Numbered from the stretch's first letter, positions 1 to 11,194 are shown. The stretch is DNA of 64,000 nt from Gammaproteobacteria bacterium (GCA_963662545.2 CAXXLL010000003.1:1664001-1728000), one strand, 5' to 3'. The notes: generated from the letters alone by a model not told the origin. Program-made: numbers and translations.

Positions 1-125
1 TAGTAATCGGGCTCGTGCGGGTCGGGCAGGCGCGCCGCGACCTCCTCCTGATCCAGATTTTGCCACAACCAGAAACTGAAAATGCCCAGCAGTAACGTGA
101 CGGTCGCAGTTAGCCACGCACTCAC
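1..125 (-). CDS. lptC: LPS export protein LptC (5' part, runs off window)
   Basis: Manual translation MSAWLTATVTLLLGIFSFWLWQ...HEPDY: N-terminal TM anchor plus PDY motif; directly downstream of kdsC. Confidence 0.75.
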   Translation of the reverse strand, partial: MSAWLTATVTLLLGIFSFWLWQNLDQEEVAARLPDPHEPDY

Positions 126-128
126 CAG

Positions 129-683
129 TCACTCCTGGAATGTCGCTTCAGGCGCTGCTTTTCCACGCGCCGGTTTTCTATTTAGCTGGGCGTAAGCGTA
201 TTGAATCAAATCACAGACGTCACGCACCGCGCCGTTACCGCCAGGCCGGGTTGTGATCCACATTGCAGCTTCGCGTACACGCTTTTCAGCATCGGCGACC
301 GCGACCGGGAATCCGACAGCGTTCATAACGACGATATCCGGTTCATCATCGCCCACATAACAAACATTCTCTGCACTGATACCTTCTGTATCGAGAATCG
401 ATTTGAGCATTGCAAGCTTGTCTTGCACGCCTTGATAAACATGCTTGATCGCCAGTTCTTTCATACGCGTATTGACGGCCTGTGAGACGCGCCCGGTAAT
501 CACGGCCCGCTCGACCCCCATTTTTCCAAGCATAACGAGCCCGTGACCGTCGCGTACATTGAAGGCCTTATATTCGTGGCCATCGGATCCCAGCATAATG
601 CTACCGTCGGTCATGACGCCGTCGACGTCGAATACAGCCAATTCGATCCGTGCCGCACGATCGACGATTTTCGAATCGTCCAC
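129..683 (-). CDS. kdsC: KDO 8-phosphate phosphatase (HAD family)
   Basis: FDVDGVMTDG and GDDEPD HAD motifs; follows kdsD. Confidence 0.95.
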   Translation of the reverse strand: MDDSKIVDRAARIELAVFDVDGVMTDGSIMLGSDGHEYKAFNVRDGHGLVMLGKMGVERAVITGRVSQAVNTRMKELAIKHVYQGVQDKLAMLKSILDTEGISAENVCYVGDDEPDIVVMNAVGFPVAVADAEKRVREAAMWITTRPGGNGAVRDVCDLIQYAYAQLNRKPARGKAAPEATFQE

Positions 684-1693
684 TACAGCACTCTTGCTCT
701 CAGGAGATCATGCATATTAAGCACGCCGGCAAGTTTATTGTCATCGTCGACTACCAGCAGGGCGTTGATCTTATGCTCCTGCATAATCCTCAGCGCCTCG
801 GCAGCAAGAACGTCATGGCCGACGGTTTGGCAATTGTGGGTCATGACGTCTTTCATGCGCGCCTCCCGAACGTCGTGGTCTCGTTCGAACACGCGGCGCA
901 GATCACCGTCGGTAAAGATCCCCTCGACTTTACCCTGCGCGCCCACGATGGCCGTCAACCCAAGTCCGGAACGGGTCATTTCGACCAGCGCCTCGGAAAG
1001 AGTCGATGTCGGTCGCACAACCGGCATCTCATCGCCAGTGTGCATGAGGTCGTCGATTTTTAATAAAAGCCTGCGTCCGAGGGTCCCCCCAGGATGCGCA
1101 CGCGCGAAATCCCGCTCCGTGAACCCGCGCGTTTGCAGCATGGCAATCGCCAACGCGTCACCCATTGCGAGCGCCGCCGTCGTACTCGAGGTGGGAGCCA
1201 GCCCGAGCGGACACGCTTCTTCTTTCACATCAACGTGAATGTGCACCGTGGCCGCCGTCGCCAAGGTCGATCCTGGGTGACCGGTAATGGCGATAAAGGG
1301 AATACCGAGCCGCTTGATCAGCGGCAGAAGAATGATCAGTTCGTCTGTTTCCCCGGAATTGGAAAAGGCAAGTACGACGTCCAGGGCCGTGATCATGCCC
1401 ATGTCGCCATGGCTGGCTTCGCCGGGATGTACGAAAAAAGCCGGGGTCCCGGTACTCGCCAAGGTTGCTGCTACCTTGCCTCCGATGTGTCCGGATTTAC
1501 CCATGCCAAGCACGACGACCCGTCCATTGCATTCGAGCATGTAGCGGGCCGCTTCGACGAAAGATTCGTCGACGCGCTTGATCAGGTCGACCAGGGTCCG
1601 AGCCTCTATTTCCAGCACGGCTTTACCCATGTCCGCCAGATTTTTAGCGTCGTCATCCTGGTAGGTGACGGGGTGATCGGGTTTAGAAGACAT
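683..1693 (-). CDS. kdsD: Arabinose-5-phosphate isomerase (SIS + 2 CBS)
   Basis: GMGKSGHIG, HPGEASHGD, EACPLGLAPTSSTT motifs. Confidence 0.96.
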   Translation of the reverse strand: MSSKPDHPVTYQDDDAKNLADMGKAVLEIEARTLVDLIKRVDESFVEAARYMLECNGRVVVLGMGKSGHIGGKVAATLASTGTPAFFVHPGEASHGDMGMITALDVVLAFSNSGETDELIILLPLIKRLGIPFIAITGHPGSTLATAATVHIHVDVKEEACPLGLAPTSSTTAALAMGDALAIAMLQTRGFTERDFARAHPGGTLGRRLLLKIDDLMHTGDEMPVVRPTSTLSEALVEMTRSGLGLTAIVGAQGKVEGIFTDGDLRRVFERDHDVREARMKDVMTHNCQTVGHDVLAAEALRIMQEHKINALLVVDDDNKLAGVLNMHDLLRARVL

Positions 1694-1750
1694 GATGCGA
1701 TGCTCCCTCCTGAATCAGTCAGTAGGTACGCGGACTTAATCAAACTTTCA

Positions 1751-2704
1751 TCAAAAAAGAAAGTATTGATACCCGATGAAAGCGCTCAGCAACAACATGC
1801 CCTCTATACGGTTGATGCGGCCGGGCCGTTTATAGGACCACGACATCAGGAATAACGCTACGGTCAACGCCAACATGATGGGGACGTCGCGCCGAATAAC
1901 TTCGGCGCCGAACTCCGTCGGGCGGATCAAAGCCGGTGTGGCGAGCACCCCCAGAGCGTTGAACATGTTGGACCCTATGATATTGCCCAGGGCGATTTCG
2001 GGTTGATTCTTCAAAGCGCTAATAATTGAAGCGGCGAGTTCAGGCAGGCTCGTACCCACCGCCACTATGGTCAAGCCTATGACAATGTCACTCAGGCCGA
2101 AATGGCGGGCGATTTCGACGGCGCCGGAAACGAGCAGATTCGATCCCATCAACAGCATCGCAAGGCCAGCCACGATCCAGAACAAGGCTCCGGTTGTCGA
2201 CATCTGCCCGGCCAGCTCGTCGTCGAATTCCTGAACGAGGGGATCAGTGCTCCGCGCCCGTAATCCAAGCCACACGGTACAGAAAAACGCTACGAAAAAT
2301 CCGCCGATCAAGAGCACGCCATCGACACGGGTCAGCGAACGATCCCACAGTAAGAAGGACGCGAACAGCAGCGCGGCGAACATGATGGGGAATTCGCGCT
2401 GTAGGATCTGCGACCGAACAGTCAGGGGAGCGAGGATCGCGGTAACTCCGAGCACGAGACCGATATTGGCAATGTTCGATCCAATGGCATTGCCGATGCC
2501 CATGGTGGGATTGCCGTTCAATGCAGCAACTCCCGATACCAGCATTTCGGGTATTGACGTCGCGAATCCGACGATGACGAGACCTATCAGAAGCGGTTGA
2601 ACCCCGAAATTGGCTGCCGTGGCCGCCGCGCCGTCTACGAAACGATCGGCACCATAGGTCAACAAGATCAGCCCGACGCAAACAACCCCAAACGCTTCTA
2701 ACAT
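1751..2704 (-). CDS. yrbG: Calcium/sodium antiporter (CaCA family)
   Basis: Two alpha repeats (ATSIPE...GNAIGSN; GTSLPE...GNIIGSN); conserved synteny with kdsD. Confidence 0.9.
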   Translation of the reverse strand: MLEAFGVVCVGLILLTYGADRFVDGAAATAANFGVQPLLIGLVIVGFATSIPEMLVSGVAALNGNPTMGIGNAIGSNIANIGLVLGVTAILAPLTVRSQILQREFPIMFAALLFASFLLWDRSLTRVDGVLLIGGFFVAFFCTVWLGLRARSTDPLVQEFDDELAGQMSTTGALFWIVAGLAMLLMGSNLLVSGAVEIARHFGLSDIVIGLTIVAVGTSLPELAASIISALKNQPEIALGNIIGSNMFNALGVLATPALIRPTEFGAEVIRRDVPIMLALTVALFLMSWSYKRPGRINRIEGMLLLSAFIGYQYFLF

Positions 2705-2811
2705 GACTCCGTTGCGCCAGCCGACATGGCGTCAATGATGCCAGATTGAGGATGGCGATGACACATACGCCTGGTAATGAGTCAGACGTATAATGTTATT
2801 TAAGGAAGGCA

Positions 2812-3489
2812 GTGATGATCGTGAAAGCCATGATCCTCGCGGCGGGTAAAGGCGAACGCCTGGCGCCGTTGACGAATACCGTGCCAAAGCCGTTGATCAA
2901 AGTCGACGGCGAAACTTTGATACAACGTCATTTGACCGCACTTGCCGGCGCCGGAATCGAAAGCGTCGTCATTAATGTTTCCCATCTCGGCGATCGTATT
3001 GAACAGCGTATAGGTATTGGCGGCGGACCCGGTATCGAAATCATATATTCGCGGGAACCCGGCGAGCCACTGGAAACGGGTGGCGGGATCCTGCGAGCAT
3101 TACCGTTGCTGGGACAAGATCCTTTTCTGGTCGTTAATGCGGACATCTGGACGGATTACGATTTCGGTTCTTGCAGGATTCGGGGAGATGCCGCGGCGCA
3201 TATCGTATTGGTCCCGAATCCACCGCATCACGCTGCCGGAGATTTCACGCTGAACGGTTTCGAGATCGAACGCCGCGAGCAGAATCCTTATACCTATTCG
3301 GGCATTGGCGTTTATACATCGGCATTTTTCACCGGCGTGACGCAAGAGCGATTTCCGCTGGCACCGTTGCTGATCGAGCACGCTCGTAGCGGCCGTCTTT
3401 CAGGCGAAGTCCACGCTGGCGCCTGGTTCGATATCGGCACGCCTGAACGCCTGGAACGGTTGCGCGAGATGCTTGGCGCGCAGGGGTGA
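2812..3489 (+). CDS. murU: N-acetylmuramate alpha-1-phosphate uridylyltransferase / nucleotidyltransferase
   Basis: MILAAGKGERLAPLT..PKPL, LETGGG, DIGTPERL. Confidence 0.85.
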   Translation: MMIVKAMILAAGKGERLAPLTNTVPKPLIKVDGETLIQRHLTALAGAGIESVVINVSHLGDRIEQRIGIGGGPGIEIIYSREPGEPLETGGGILRALPLLGQDPFLVVNADIWTDYDFGSCRIRGDAAAHIVLVPNPPHHAAGDFTLNGFEIERREQNPYTYSGIGVYTSAFFTGVTQERFPLAPLLIEHARSGRLSGEVHAGAWFDIGTPERLERLREMLGAQG

Positions 3490-3651
3490 TCCAACCTACG
3501 GCCGCGAATGAAAGCGGTGTCGAATGCTTGACCTCAAATGCGTAACAAGCGATAATGTTGCAGCGCAATAAGTACAGCCCGCGCACGGCGTCACCTCACC
3601 CACGGCTGACGACCCGATGAAGCTCCCAATTTTATCGACGGATCAGCCGCG

Positions 3652-5724
3652 ATGCCGATGGCGCGTTTTCTCATGCTTGGTCGGCGGGTTATCCAGTGCC
3701 CGCGAAGATCTTATTTGCTCGTCGCCACGGCAGCTATTGCACTCTTTTTCCAGCCGGTCCCGGCGGCTGGGAAAACGCCCGTAAAGAACGATCCGCGCGT
3801 ACTGCGCGTATTGAAACTCAAGCACCACGAAATCAACCACCCGCATCGCGATACCAACGGTGAGTTCCGCATGCTCACCGATTTTGCGCGCCGGCAGGGT
3901 ATGACCATCATGTGGTTGGACGCGTATCAACCCAGCGAACTTCATAGCCGGCTGCTAAAGGGCGAAGGCGATGTCGTGGTCGCCGATCTGCCGCCGTCAC
4001 TGATCGTTGATCCGCACCTAAGCGCGAGTGTCCCGATGGGTGAATACCGTTATTCGGTGATCGGCCGCCACGGTATCGCCGCGAGCCACCCCGGAGAACT
4101 CGGCGGTTACCGGGTGGCCGTGCCGCTGGCGTCACCCTTGTGGCCCTATTTCAATCGGCTACAAAGTCGCGTGCCCGACATCAGCATCGTCGTCCTGCCC
4201 GTCGATACCTCCCGTGACACGATACTGAAAGCTACGTCGGACGGTGATTACGATATCGCCGTGATCCCCCAGCGACCCGACGAAGATCCGCTCGAAAATC
4301 TACCCGGGCTCAAGACGCTATTCGAATTGTCCGATCTCAGATCGGTGAGCTGGTATTTCCGCAAGAAAGGAGGCCGGCTCAGGGACGACGTCAACCGATA
4401 CCTGCAACGGTTTCATGCTTCGTTTCTCGCTCCGCGCGCAGTACTCGGCGATCTGGACGACATCAAACGGCGCCGTGTGCTACGCGTCATTACGAGGGTC
4501 GATCCGCAAAATTATTTTCTGAGGGGCGGCCAACCCGTCGGCTTCGAATACGAACTGGTCCGCCTTTTTACCCGAGAGCGTGGACTCAGCGTCGAGTTTC
4601 TCGTGGGCGAAACGGATCAGCAGATATTGAATTGGCTGCGCACGGGCGCTGGCGACGTCATCACGACACGGATCAACGCACGCGACGTCCGAATCGATCC
4701 GGCGCTCGAACAATCGCGCGATTATTTTCATTCCGCTTCCGTCATCATCAGCCGTCGCGGCAACGATATATCGCGCCCTGAACACCTGCATGGCAAACGA
4801 GTCGCGGTGCTGGGAAGTACGGTCCACCATCGAGCACTGGGAGAACTCGTAGCTGCCGGAACGGCCATCGAACCCATAATCATCAGCCCTGATACGCCAT
4901 TGGATAGCATCATCGATCAGCTGGAGAATTGGGTTATCGATGCCGCGATCGTCGATGCCTATGCGGTCGACGACATACGCGACGGACATCCGCTGATTCA
5001 AGCGGGTGCTTCATTGCCCGTGCAGTTTAAATACGCATGGACCGTGCGTACGCACGATACGAATTTACGCGCCGCGGTCGACGATCTTTTGCGCGATCAA
5101 TTTCGCATGGAGACTTAGAACGTGCTGGGACGGCGATACTTCGGCCGCTCGCGCTACACTCAATTTTCACACCTCGGGCGTCTTTCGCCGTATGACGACC
5201 TGGTTCAGCGGTACGCGGATACCTACGATTTCGACTGGCGATTAATCGTCGCGCAAATGTACCAGGAGAGTCATTTCGACCCCGGCGCGCAATCAGATGC
5301 CGGTGCTCTCGGTCTGATGCAGCTGCTTCCCGGCACCGCGCAAGACATGGGCGTCAGCGATCCGTTCGATCCGGAAGCAGGGATTCGAGGAGGCATCAAG
5401 TACCTGCGTTACTTATGGAACCGTTTCGATGATCAGGTTTCTCCGCGGGAGCGCACGTGGTTTGCGCTGGCCTCATACAATATCGGGTTCAATCGAATCG
5501 ACCTGGCGCGACGTCGAGCCCAAGAGCAAGCCTTGGATCCGAATCTTTGGTTCGGGCACGTCGAGCAGGCGATGCGCACGATGTCGAACGACGACAGGCC
5601 GTGCCGATGCGGCCAGACCGTCGTCTACGTTCGGGCTATACGCTCGCTCTACAATACCTATCATCGCCTGCGCGAGACATTGACCGCGGGCCTGACTTCG
5701 ATAACGCACGCTCCGACAATTTGA
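3652..5724 (+). pseudogene. MltF-like lytic transglycosylase (tandem substrate-binding domains + SLT) split by an in-frame TAG at 5116-5118
   Basis: ORFs 3652-5118 and 5122-5724 share one frame (ATG GAG ACT TAG AAC GTG); SLT motifs YQESHFDP, GLMQL and ASYN lie in the second part. Confidence 0.75.
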
Positions 5725-5796
5725 CCAGCCCGTCGATTGCACAAATGCGGTCGCGACGTTCAAACGCACCGGTTCTTCGCGGGGATCCGTCGTTCT

Positions 5797-6498
5797 TCAT
5801 CCAATAAGCGGGCTAGACGATTCCCCGTAGCGGGTCGGATCGGCAATACCTGCGGCCGCGAAACCATCGCGGCGGATGCGACATGCATCGCAACTTCCGC
5901 AGGCGAGGGCCATGTCATTTGGCTGATAACAACTCACCGTAAGGCTGTAATCGACGCCCAACGCGGTGCCTGTCTTGATGATTTCGGCTTTCGTCATCTC
6001 GATCAACGGGGCCTCGATGGAAACACCGCGGCCCTCTACGCCGGCCTTTGTTGCCGATACGGCCAGACGCTGGAATTGTTCGATGTATTCCGGCCTGCAA
6101 TCAGGGTAACCAGAATAATCAACGGCGTTGACGCCGATATGAATTTCGCGCGCGTCGAGAACTTCGCTCCAACCCAGTGCAATGGCGAGCATGACCGTAT
6201 TGCGCGCAGGCACGTAGGTGACCGGGATACCGGATGTCGGCGCATTGGGAATCGTGATGGCATCGTCGGTCAGTGCGGATCCGCCGAACTGGCCGTAATC
6301 GATTCTGACGATCCGATGTTCGACGGCCCCCAAAACGGCGGCTATGCGTTTCGCCGCATCAAGTTCGCACGCGTGCCGCTGACCGTAATCGATACTCAAC
6401 GCATAACAGAGTTGGCCTCGTCCGCGCGCGAGCGCGAGTACGGTCGCGGAATCGAGTCCGCCCGAAAGCAGGATAACTGCCGACGGCTCAGCGTCCAG
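5797..6498 (-). CDS. queC: 7-cyano-7-deazaguanine synthase
   Basis: [11 protein letters not shown] lies upstream of the tracked ORF in the same frame; TYVPARN, YPDCR, CGSCDAC; probable CTG start at 6498. Confidence 0.93.
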   Translation of the reverse strand: MDAEPSAVILLSGGLDSATVLALARGRGQLCYALSIDYGQRHACELDAAKRIAAVLGAVEHRIVRIDYGQFGGSALTDDAITIPNAPTSGIPVTYVPARNTVMLAIALGWSEVLDAREIHIGVNAVDYSGYPDCRPEYIEQFQRLAVSATKAGVEGRGVSIEAPLIEMTKAEIIKTGTALGVDYSLTVSCYQPNDMALACGSCDACRIRRDGFAAAGIADPTRYGESSSPLIG

Positions 6499-7159
6499 GG
6501 ACGTCTCCCCAAAGATATTTATGAAGCTGTACCTGCAGCCGTACGTTCAGTGTATCTTCGAGTATCCACTCGGCCAGTTCCCGCGCTTCGACGGCACCGT
6601 GGCTGGGTGAGAACAGGATTTCAACGTCTCCGTTGATTTGCACCTCCGAAATTCTCGCGCGGCTCCATTCGTAATCGGCGCGTCCGCAAATGACGAACTT
6701 CACCTGATCCGGCCCGTGCAAATGCTCAAGATTCGACCACAAGTTCCGCTTAACCTCGCCCGATCCGGGTGTCTTGATGTCGAGGACCTTCATGACCCGA
6801 GTATCTACGCACGCAACATCCATCGCACCGCTCGTTTCCAGCGACACCTCAAGGTTCGCATCACACAAGCGCGTCAGGAGTTCGAACGCACCGTACTGCG
6901 CAAGAGGCTCACCGCCCGTCAAGGTCACGCGGGGTACATCAAATTCCTGTACTTGCTCGATGACCGCATCGATGCTCATCAACTGACCGCCTGAAAATGC
7001 GTAGGCGGTGTCACAGTAAACACACCGAAGTGGGCATCCGGTGGTCCGGACGAACACGGTCGGGCGTCCAACACGGGTGGATTCGCCCTGTATGGACAGA
7101 AATATTTCAGTGATTCGCAAGGTACCCGCGTCGGACGCGGTCGGCTGCGAGGTATCCAT
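6488..7159 (-). CDS. queE: 7-carboxy-7-deazaguanine synthase (radical SAM)
   Basis: [23 protein letters not shown]; cpoB-queE-queC synteny. Confidence 0.95.
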   Translation of the reverse strand: MDTSQPTASDAGTLRITEIFLSIQGESTRVGRPTVFVRTTGCPLRCVYCDTAYAFSGGQLMSIDAVIEQVQEFDVPRVTLTGGEPLAQYGAFELLTRLCDANLEVSLETSGAMDVACVDTRVMKVLDIKTPGSGEVKRNLWSNLEHLHGPDQVKFVICGRADYEWSRARISEVQINGDVEILFSPSHGAVEARELAEWILEDTLNVRLQVQLHKYLWGDVPGR

Positions 7160-7179
7160 GGAAGGAGAAAGCCGTTTAG

Positions 7180-7341
7180 GGAACCTCTGAATAAGTCATG
7201 GTGCGTCTGAATGGTTCATGCAATGGTGCAGATCAAGGCACGAATCGCAGGCAATAGCGGGGACTATTGGCAAGGTTCGTAACACAGAGCTGCGCGATTT
7301 CATGGGCAAGGCAGATGGGCCATGACTTATTCAGAGGTTCC
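7180..7341. mobile_element. MITE, 162 bp, family A
   Basis: Perfect 22-bp terminal inverted repeat GGAACCTCTGAATAAGTCATGG; TTAG direct repeats at 7176-7179 and 7342-7345. Confidence 0.9.
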
Positions 7342-8421
7342 TTAGGGCGACTCCGCTCGTATTCGCTTCATTCGTTCGTCGGCGAGGCGTGCCGCGGCCG
7401 AGCCCGGAAAGCGATTTTTCAGATCGGTCAAAACGCCGACCGCCTGCTCGGCCAGCGCGAGTTCGTGATAGCTGTAAGCGATCTTGAGCATCGCGTGCGA
7501 TTGCTTCTTACTGTCAGGGTAACCATTGACCAGTTTCTGATATTGATCGATCGCGGGTTCGAACTGACCCATGACGAAATAAGCTTCACCCAGCCAGTAC
7601 TGCGCGTTATCCGCATACTGGCTGGATGGATACTGCTGCAGGAAATTGTTGAACGACGCGATGGATTCGTCGTACTGTCCCCCTTGCAACATGGTGAAGG
7701 CCGCTCTGTACGCTGCTTCGGACTCCGCGCTATCAACCGTCGGTGTCGGCGGCACGATCGACGGTGTTGGCGCGTTGATGATCGGACTGGTGCTCGCCGG
7801 CGGTTGCGTCGAATCCATCGATGCAATATCAAGAGAAACATCGGCTGTTGCCGCCGCTCCGTCCGGTGGCAGTTCATCCGTATCGCCCGGCGTAACGGTA
7901 CCCGCGTCGGTCAGATCTGCCCCCAACGCAATCGCGGCCGCAGCGGGTGGTCGAATATCGACCGCAATAGCTTGAGCGGAAGGGGTGCCCGCGATAACAA
8001 CACCGGCGGGCGTCGTAAGAGTCGGCAGGGGTGGATCGGTCGCGACGCCGGGACCAGCTGCCACCGTGGCGGCGACCCCACCATTCTCGATCAGCCCCAG
8101 CCGACGGTCGACATCGGCGTAAGCCTCGCGTTGGCTCTTCCGCACCATCTCGAGCGCGAAACTCTGATTTTCCATCTCGCCGCGTAGTTGCCGGAGTTCG
8201 GCTTGCAGTAATTCAAGCTGTTGGAGCAGGTCGACAAGCCCCTCGCTATCGAGCGCGCGCTCCAGGCGCGCCACTCGACCAGCGAGGCTCCCCTCCGTCT
8301 GGCCGGTCACAGTTGCCGGCAGGCACACCAACAGCCCCAGCATCACCGTCAACGAGGCGAGCTTGTGGCGAGGTGTCGACGATTGAGTCGTTCGAAACAT
8401 TCCAAGCATCGCTAAGTTCAC
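7342..8421 (-). CDS. cpoB: Cell division coordinator CpoB (YbgF)
   Basis: N-terminal coiled coil (RVARLER..LRGEME); TPR region YADNAQYWLGE; follows pal. Confidence 0.9.
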   Translation of the reverse strand: MNLAMLGMFRTTQSSTPRHKLASLTVMLGLLVCLPATVTGQTEGSLAGRVARLERALDSEGLVDLLQQLELLQAELRQLRGEMENQSFALEMVRKSQREAYADVDRRLGLIENGGVAATVAAGPGVATDPPLPTLTTPAGVVIAGTPSAQAIAVDIRPPAAAAIALGADLTDAGTVTPGDTDELPPDGAAATADVSLDIASMDSTQPPASTSPIINAPTPSIVPPTPTVDSAESEAAYRAAFTMLQGGQYDESIASFNNFLQQYPSSQYADNAQYWLGEAYFVMGQFEPAIDQYQKLVNGYPDSKKQSHAMLKIAYSYHELALAEQAVGVLTDLKNRFPGSAAARLADERMKRIRAESP

Positions 8422-8430
8422 GGGCCCTGA

Positions 8431-8982
8431 TCAATAGACCAGTTCGACACGGCGGTTCAGCGCATAAGAATCTTCGTCATGTCCGTCGACGATCGGCCGT
8501 TCCTCGCCATAGCTCACCGTCTTGACCTGGCCCGCCGATGCGCCAAGCAACACCAGGTGACGCCGCACCGACAGTCCTCGGCGTTCGCCGAGCGCCAGGT
8601 TGTATTCGCGGGTACCGCGTTCGTCGGCATGCCCTTCGAGGGTCACGGTGGTCGAAGGGTTAGCCGCCAGATACGCGGCATGGGCGGAGATCGTCTCGCT
8701 GGAATCCGCGCGCACGGTACTGCTATCGTAGTCAAAATAGATAACGCGCACCGAAAGCGGGCTGTCAGGGTCGTCAAGCGCGGCCGCTGACATTGTTTCA
8801 TCGTCTTCGAGTCCCTGAGTCCGCGCGCCGGAATCGGCATCCGATTCCGTTCGATCCATACTGCGGTCCTCGACCTTCGCGGGGCTAATTGCTTGCTCCT
8901 TTTTGCCACCGAAGGCACCGCATCCGGCCAGCAGTATCGAGGCCATCAGCACGAACACGAGTTTTAAGACGACCTCTTTCAT
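8431..8982 (-). CDS. pal: Peptidoglycan-associated lipoprotein
   Basis: Lipobox LAGC; IYFDYD, EGHADERGTREYN, NRRVE. Confidence 0.97.
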   Translation of the reverse strand: MKEVVLKLVFVLMASILLAGCGAFGGKKEQAISPAKVEDRSMDRTESDADSGARTQGLEDDETMSAAALDDPDSPLSVRVIYFDYDSSTVRADSSETISAHAAYLAANPSTTVTLEGHADERGTREYNLALGERRGLSVRRHLVLLGASAGQVKTVSYGEERPIVDGHDEDSYALNRRVELVY

Positions 8983-9046
8983 GTGCTTCTCCTTCTAATA
9001 GTCTTCCGGGTGAGCTTCCAGTCGCCGATCGCATACGGGCGCCGAG

Positions 9047-10372
9047 TTACTTTCTGAACGGACCCCACGCCGGCTCTCTTACTTCGCCAGTTTGCAAAGC
9101 CAGCCGTTGCTTCAAGCGCCCATCGATTGATATCGCCGCTAGTTCCGTGCCGTGCGGACCCATTGTCGCATAAATTATTATACGGCCGTTGGGCGCAAAG
9201 CTCGGGGATTCATCCAAACGGGCGCTCGTCAGAATTTCGAAAATTCCTTTTTCCAACTCGAGTATCGCGATGTGAAATCCGCGTTCACCGCCGTGTACCA
9301 CCGCGAGCTTTTTACCGTCGGGTGAATGCCTGGCTCGGGCGTTATAGGAACCCATGTTGAAGGTTACCCGCTGCGGCGCCCGGCCGTCGAAAAAGAGTCG
9401 ATAGATCTGCGGGCCACCACCGCGGTCGGACGTGAAAACGATGCTTCGGCCGTCGGGCGCCCAATTAGCTTCGGTGTCAATGGCGGGATGTCTGGTCAAC
9501 CGCGTTAACTTTGTAGTTTTCAGATGATAAAGATAAATCTCGGGGTCGCCGTCGCGCGAAAGAGTCACCGCCAGCCGTTCGCCATCGGGTGCGAAGGATG
9601 GCGCGCTGTTGATGCCGTCACCCGATATGATCTTCTTCCTGCGGCCCGTTCTGATGTCCTGCAGGTAAATGGCCGAATTTTTGTCTTCGAAAGAAACGTA
9701 GGCGAGCTGCGAGCCGTCCGGTGACCAGGCCGGAGACAGCAAGGGCTGGGAGGATTCCAGAATGGTATGGGGGTCAAAGCCGTCGGCATCGGCGACCTGC
9801 AAACGAAATATCGATTGATCTTTGGATGCCCGTTCGACCGTCACGTAGGCGATGCGGGTAGCGAATGCGCCTTTACTGTTCGTCAATTTCTCGTAAATGA
9901 GATCGCTCACGTGGTGCGCCGTCAAGCGCATGTTGTCCGCGGACGTCGGGATCCGGTATCCAAGAAGTTGTTTGCCTCTGTAAATGTCTATAACGCGAAA
10001 CTCCACGACGAATCCGCCTTCGGGCGAGCGCAAGATTTTTCCAATGACGAGATTCTCCATGCCAAGCAGCCGCCAATCCTTGAAATTGATCGCGGAAAAA
10101 CTCGCTGGCCGGGAAGGTAAATCTGTCTTCGGCATGGGCGCGAACTGACCGCTGCGCGCGAGATCCGAACTGATGACTGCCGATACATCCGTGCTGCCGC
10201 TCATGTCCCCGATCGTGGCGAAAGGGATTACCGCGATCGGTAATGCCGATTCGATGCCCCGATCGATGTGAATGATCAATTCTCCATCTGCCGCTCCGCA
10301 GTCGGCTACCAACGCGACGGCTAGCAGCACGCAGTAGGTGATGCGCCAACTAAATCTGTGGATCAAACACAA
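9047..10372 (-). CDS. tolB: Tol-Pal beta-propeller protein TolB
   Basis: PIAVIPF, DLARSG, PD40 repeats (SPAWSPDG). Confidence 0.96.
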   Translation of the reverse strand: MCLIHRFSWRITYCVLLAVALVADCGAADGELIIHIDRGIESALPIAVIPFATIGDMSGSTDVSAVISSDLARSGQFAPMPKTDLPSRPASFSAINFKDWRLLGMENLVIGKILRSPEGGFVVEFRVIDIYRGKQLLGYRIPTSADNMRLTAHHVSDLIYEKLTNSKGAFATRIAYVTVERASKDQSIFRLQVADADGFDPHTILESSQPLLSPAWSPDGSQLAYVSFEDKNSAIYLQDIRTGRRKKIISGDGINSAPSFAPDGERLAVTLSRDGDPEIYLYHLKTTKLTRLTRHPAIDTEANWAPDGRSIVFTSDRGGGPQIYRLFFDGRAPQRVTFNMGSYNARARHSPDGKKLAVVHGGERGFHIAILELEKGIFEILTSARLDESPSFAPNGRIIIYATMGPHGTELAAISIDGRLKQRLALQTGEVREPAWGPFRK

Positions 10373-11180
10373 AGGAAATGCTCCTCATTTTCTTGAATAG
10401 CCTCGGATCCGCAGGTACGGGTAAAGGCGCCGATTTTCGCACCGCGTTTTCCGCCTGTCGGTCAAACGTGGCATTGCCGCTGGACTTCATCACCTGTACC
10501 TGTGACACCTCGCCACCCGGTATCAAGGTGATGCGGAGCGTACATGACAAGCCGTCCAGACCCGGCAGGATTGTGAACGATTGTCGTACGCGGTTCTGTA
10601 TGGCGGCGACATAGCGGTCGATCTCCGATTTTTCAGCAGCGGCCTGGTGTGCCGCTTCCTCGATGGCAAGATCATCCTCCAAAGCCCGTTCAATTCGCTT
10701 GCGTTGCGCTGCGGCAACCTCCGCCTCACGTTTTTTACGGTCGGCGTCTTCACGCTGATCTTTTTCTTTCGCCAGACGCTTGAAGTCGGCTTCACGCTTT
10801 TTATCCGCCTCGGCTGCCCGTTTTCGCGCCAGTTCATCCTTTTTCTTGAGACGCGCTCGCTCAGCTTTGAGTTCTTTTAGCCGTTTTTCTTCGGCTTTGC
10901 GCTTTTTCTCGGCTTGCGCCGCCTTGCGCTCGGCTTCGTTGGTCTTCTGCTCCCGTTCGAGCCTGGCTTTTTCCTCAGCTGCCTTGAGGCGTTTGACTTC
11001 CTCTATTACGGCATGATTGTCGACCACGACCGCCTGTACGATTTTCTTGCGGCTGCCGCCAGCACGAACCTCGTGCGGCGCGAAATCGACGCTCACCACC
11101 AACAGCACCACGAGCGCGACATGCAGAAGAACTGAAAGTGTAATAGTCCTTTTGGAATACATTCGCCCGACGATTCTCAA
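10350..11180 (-). CDS. tolA: TolA (start may be ATG at 11162)
   Basis: SVLLH TM motif, E/K/A-rich helix, C-terminal SSGNATFD. Confidence 0.92.
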   Translation of the reverse strand: MRIVGRMYSKRTITLSVLLHVALVVLLVVSVDFAPHEVRAGGSRKKIVQAVVVDNHAVIEEVKRLKAAEEKARLEREQKTNEAERKAAQAEKKRKAEEKRLKELKAERARLKKKDELARKRAAEADKKREADFKRLAKEKDQREDADRKKREAEVAAAQRKRIERALEDDLAIEEAAHQAAAEKSEIDRYVAAIQNRVRQSFTILPGLDGLSCTLRITLIPGGEVSQVQVMKSSGNATFDRQAENAVRKSAPLPVPADPRLFKKMRSISFVFDPQI

Positions 11181-11194
11181 ATATCGGCGTCGCG

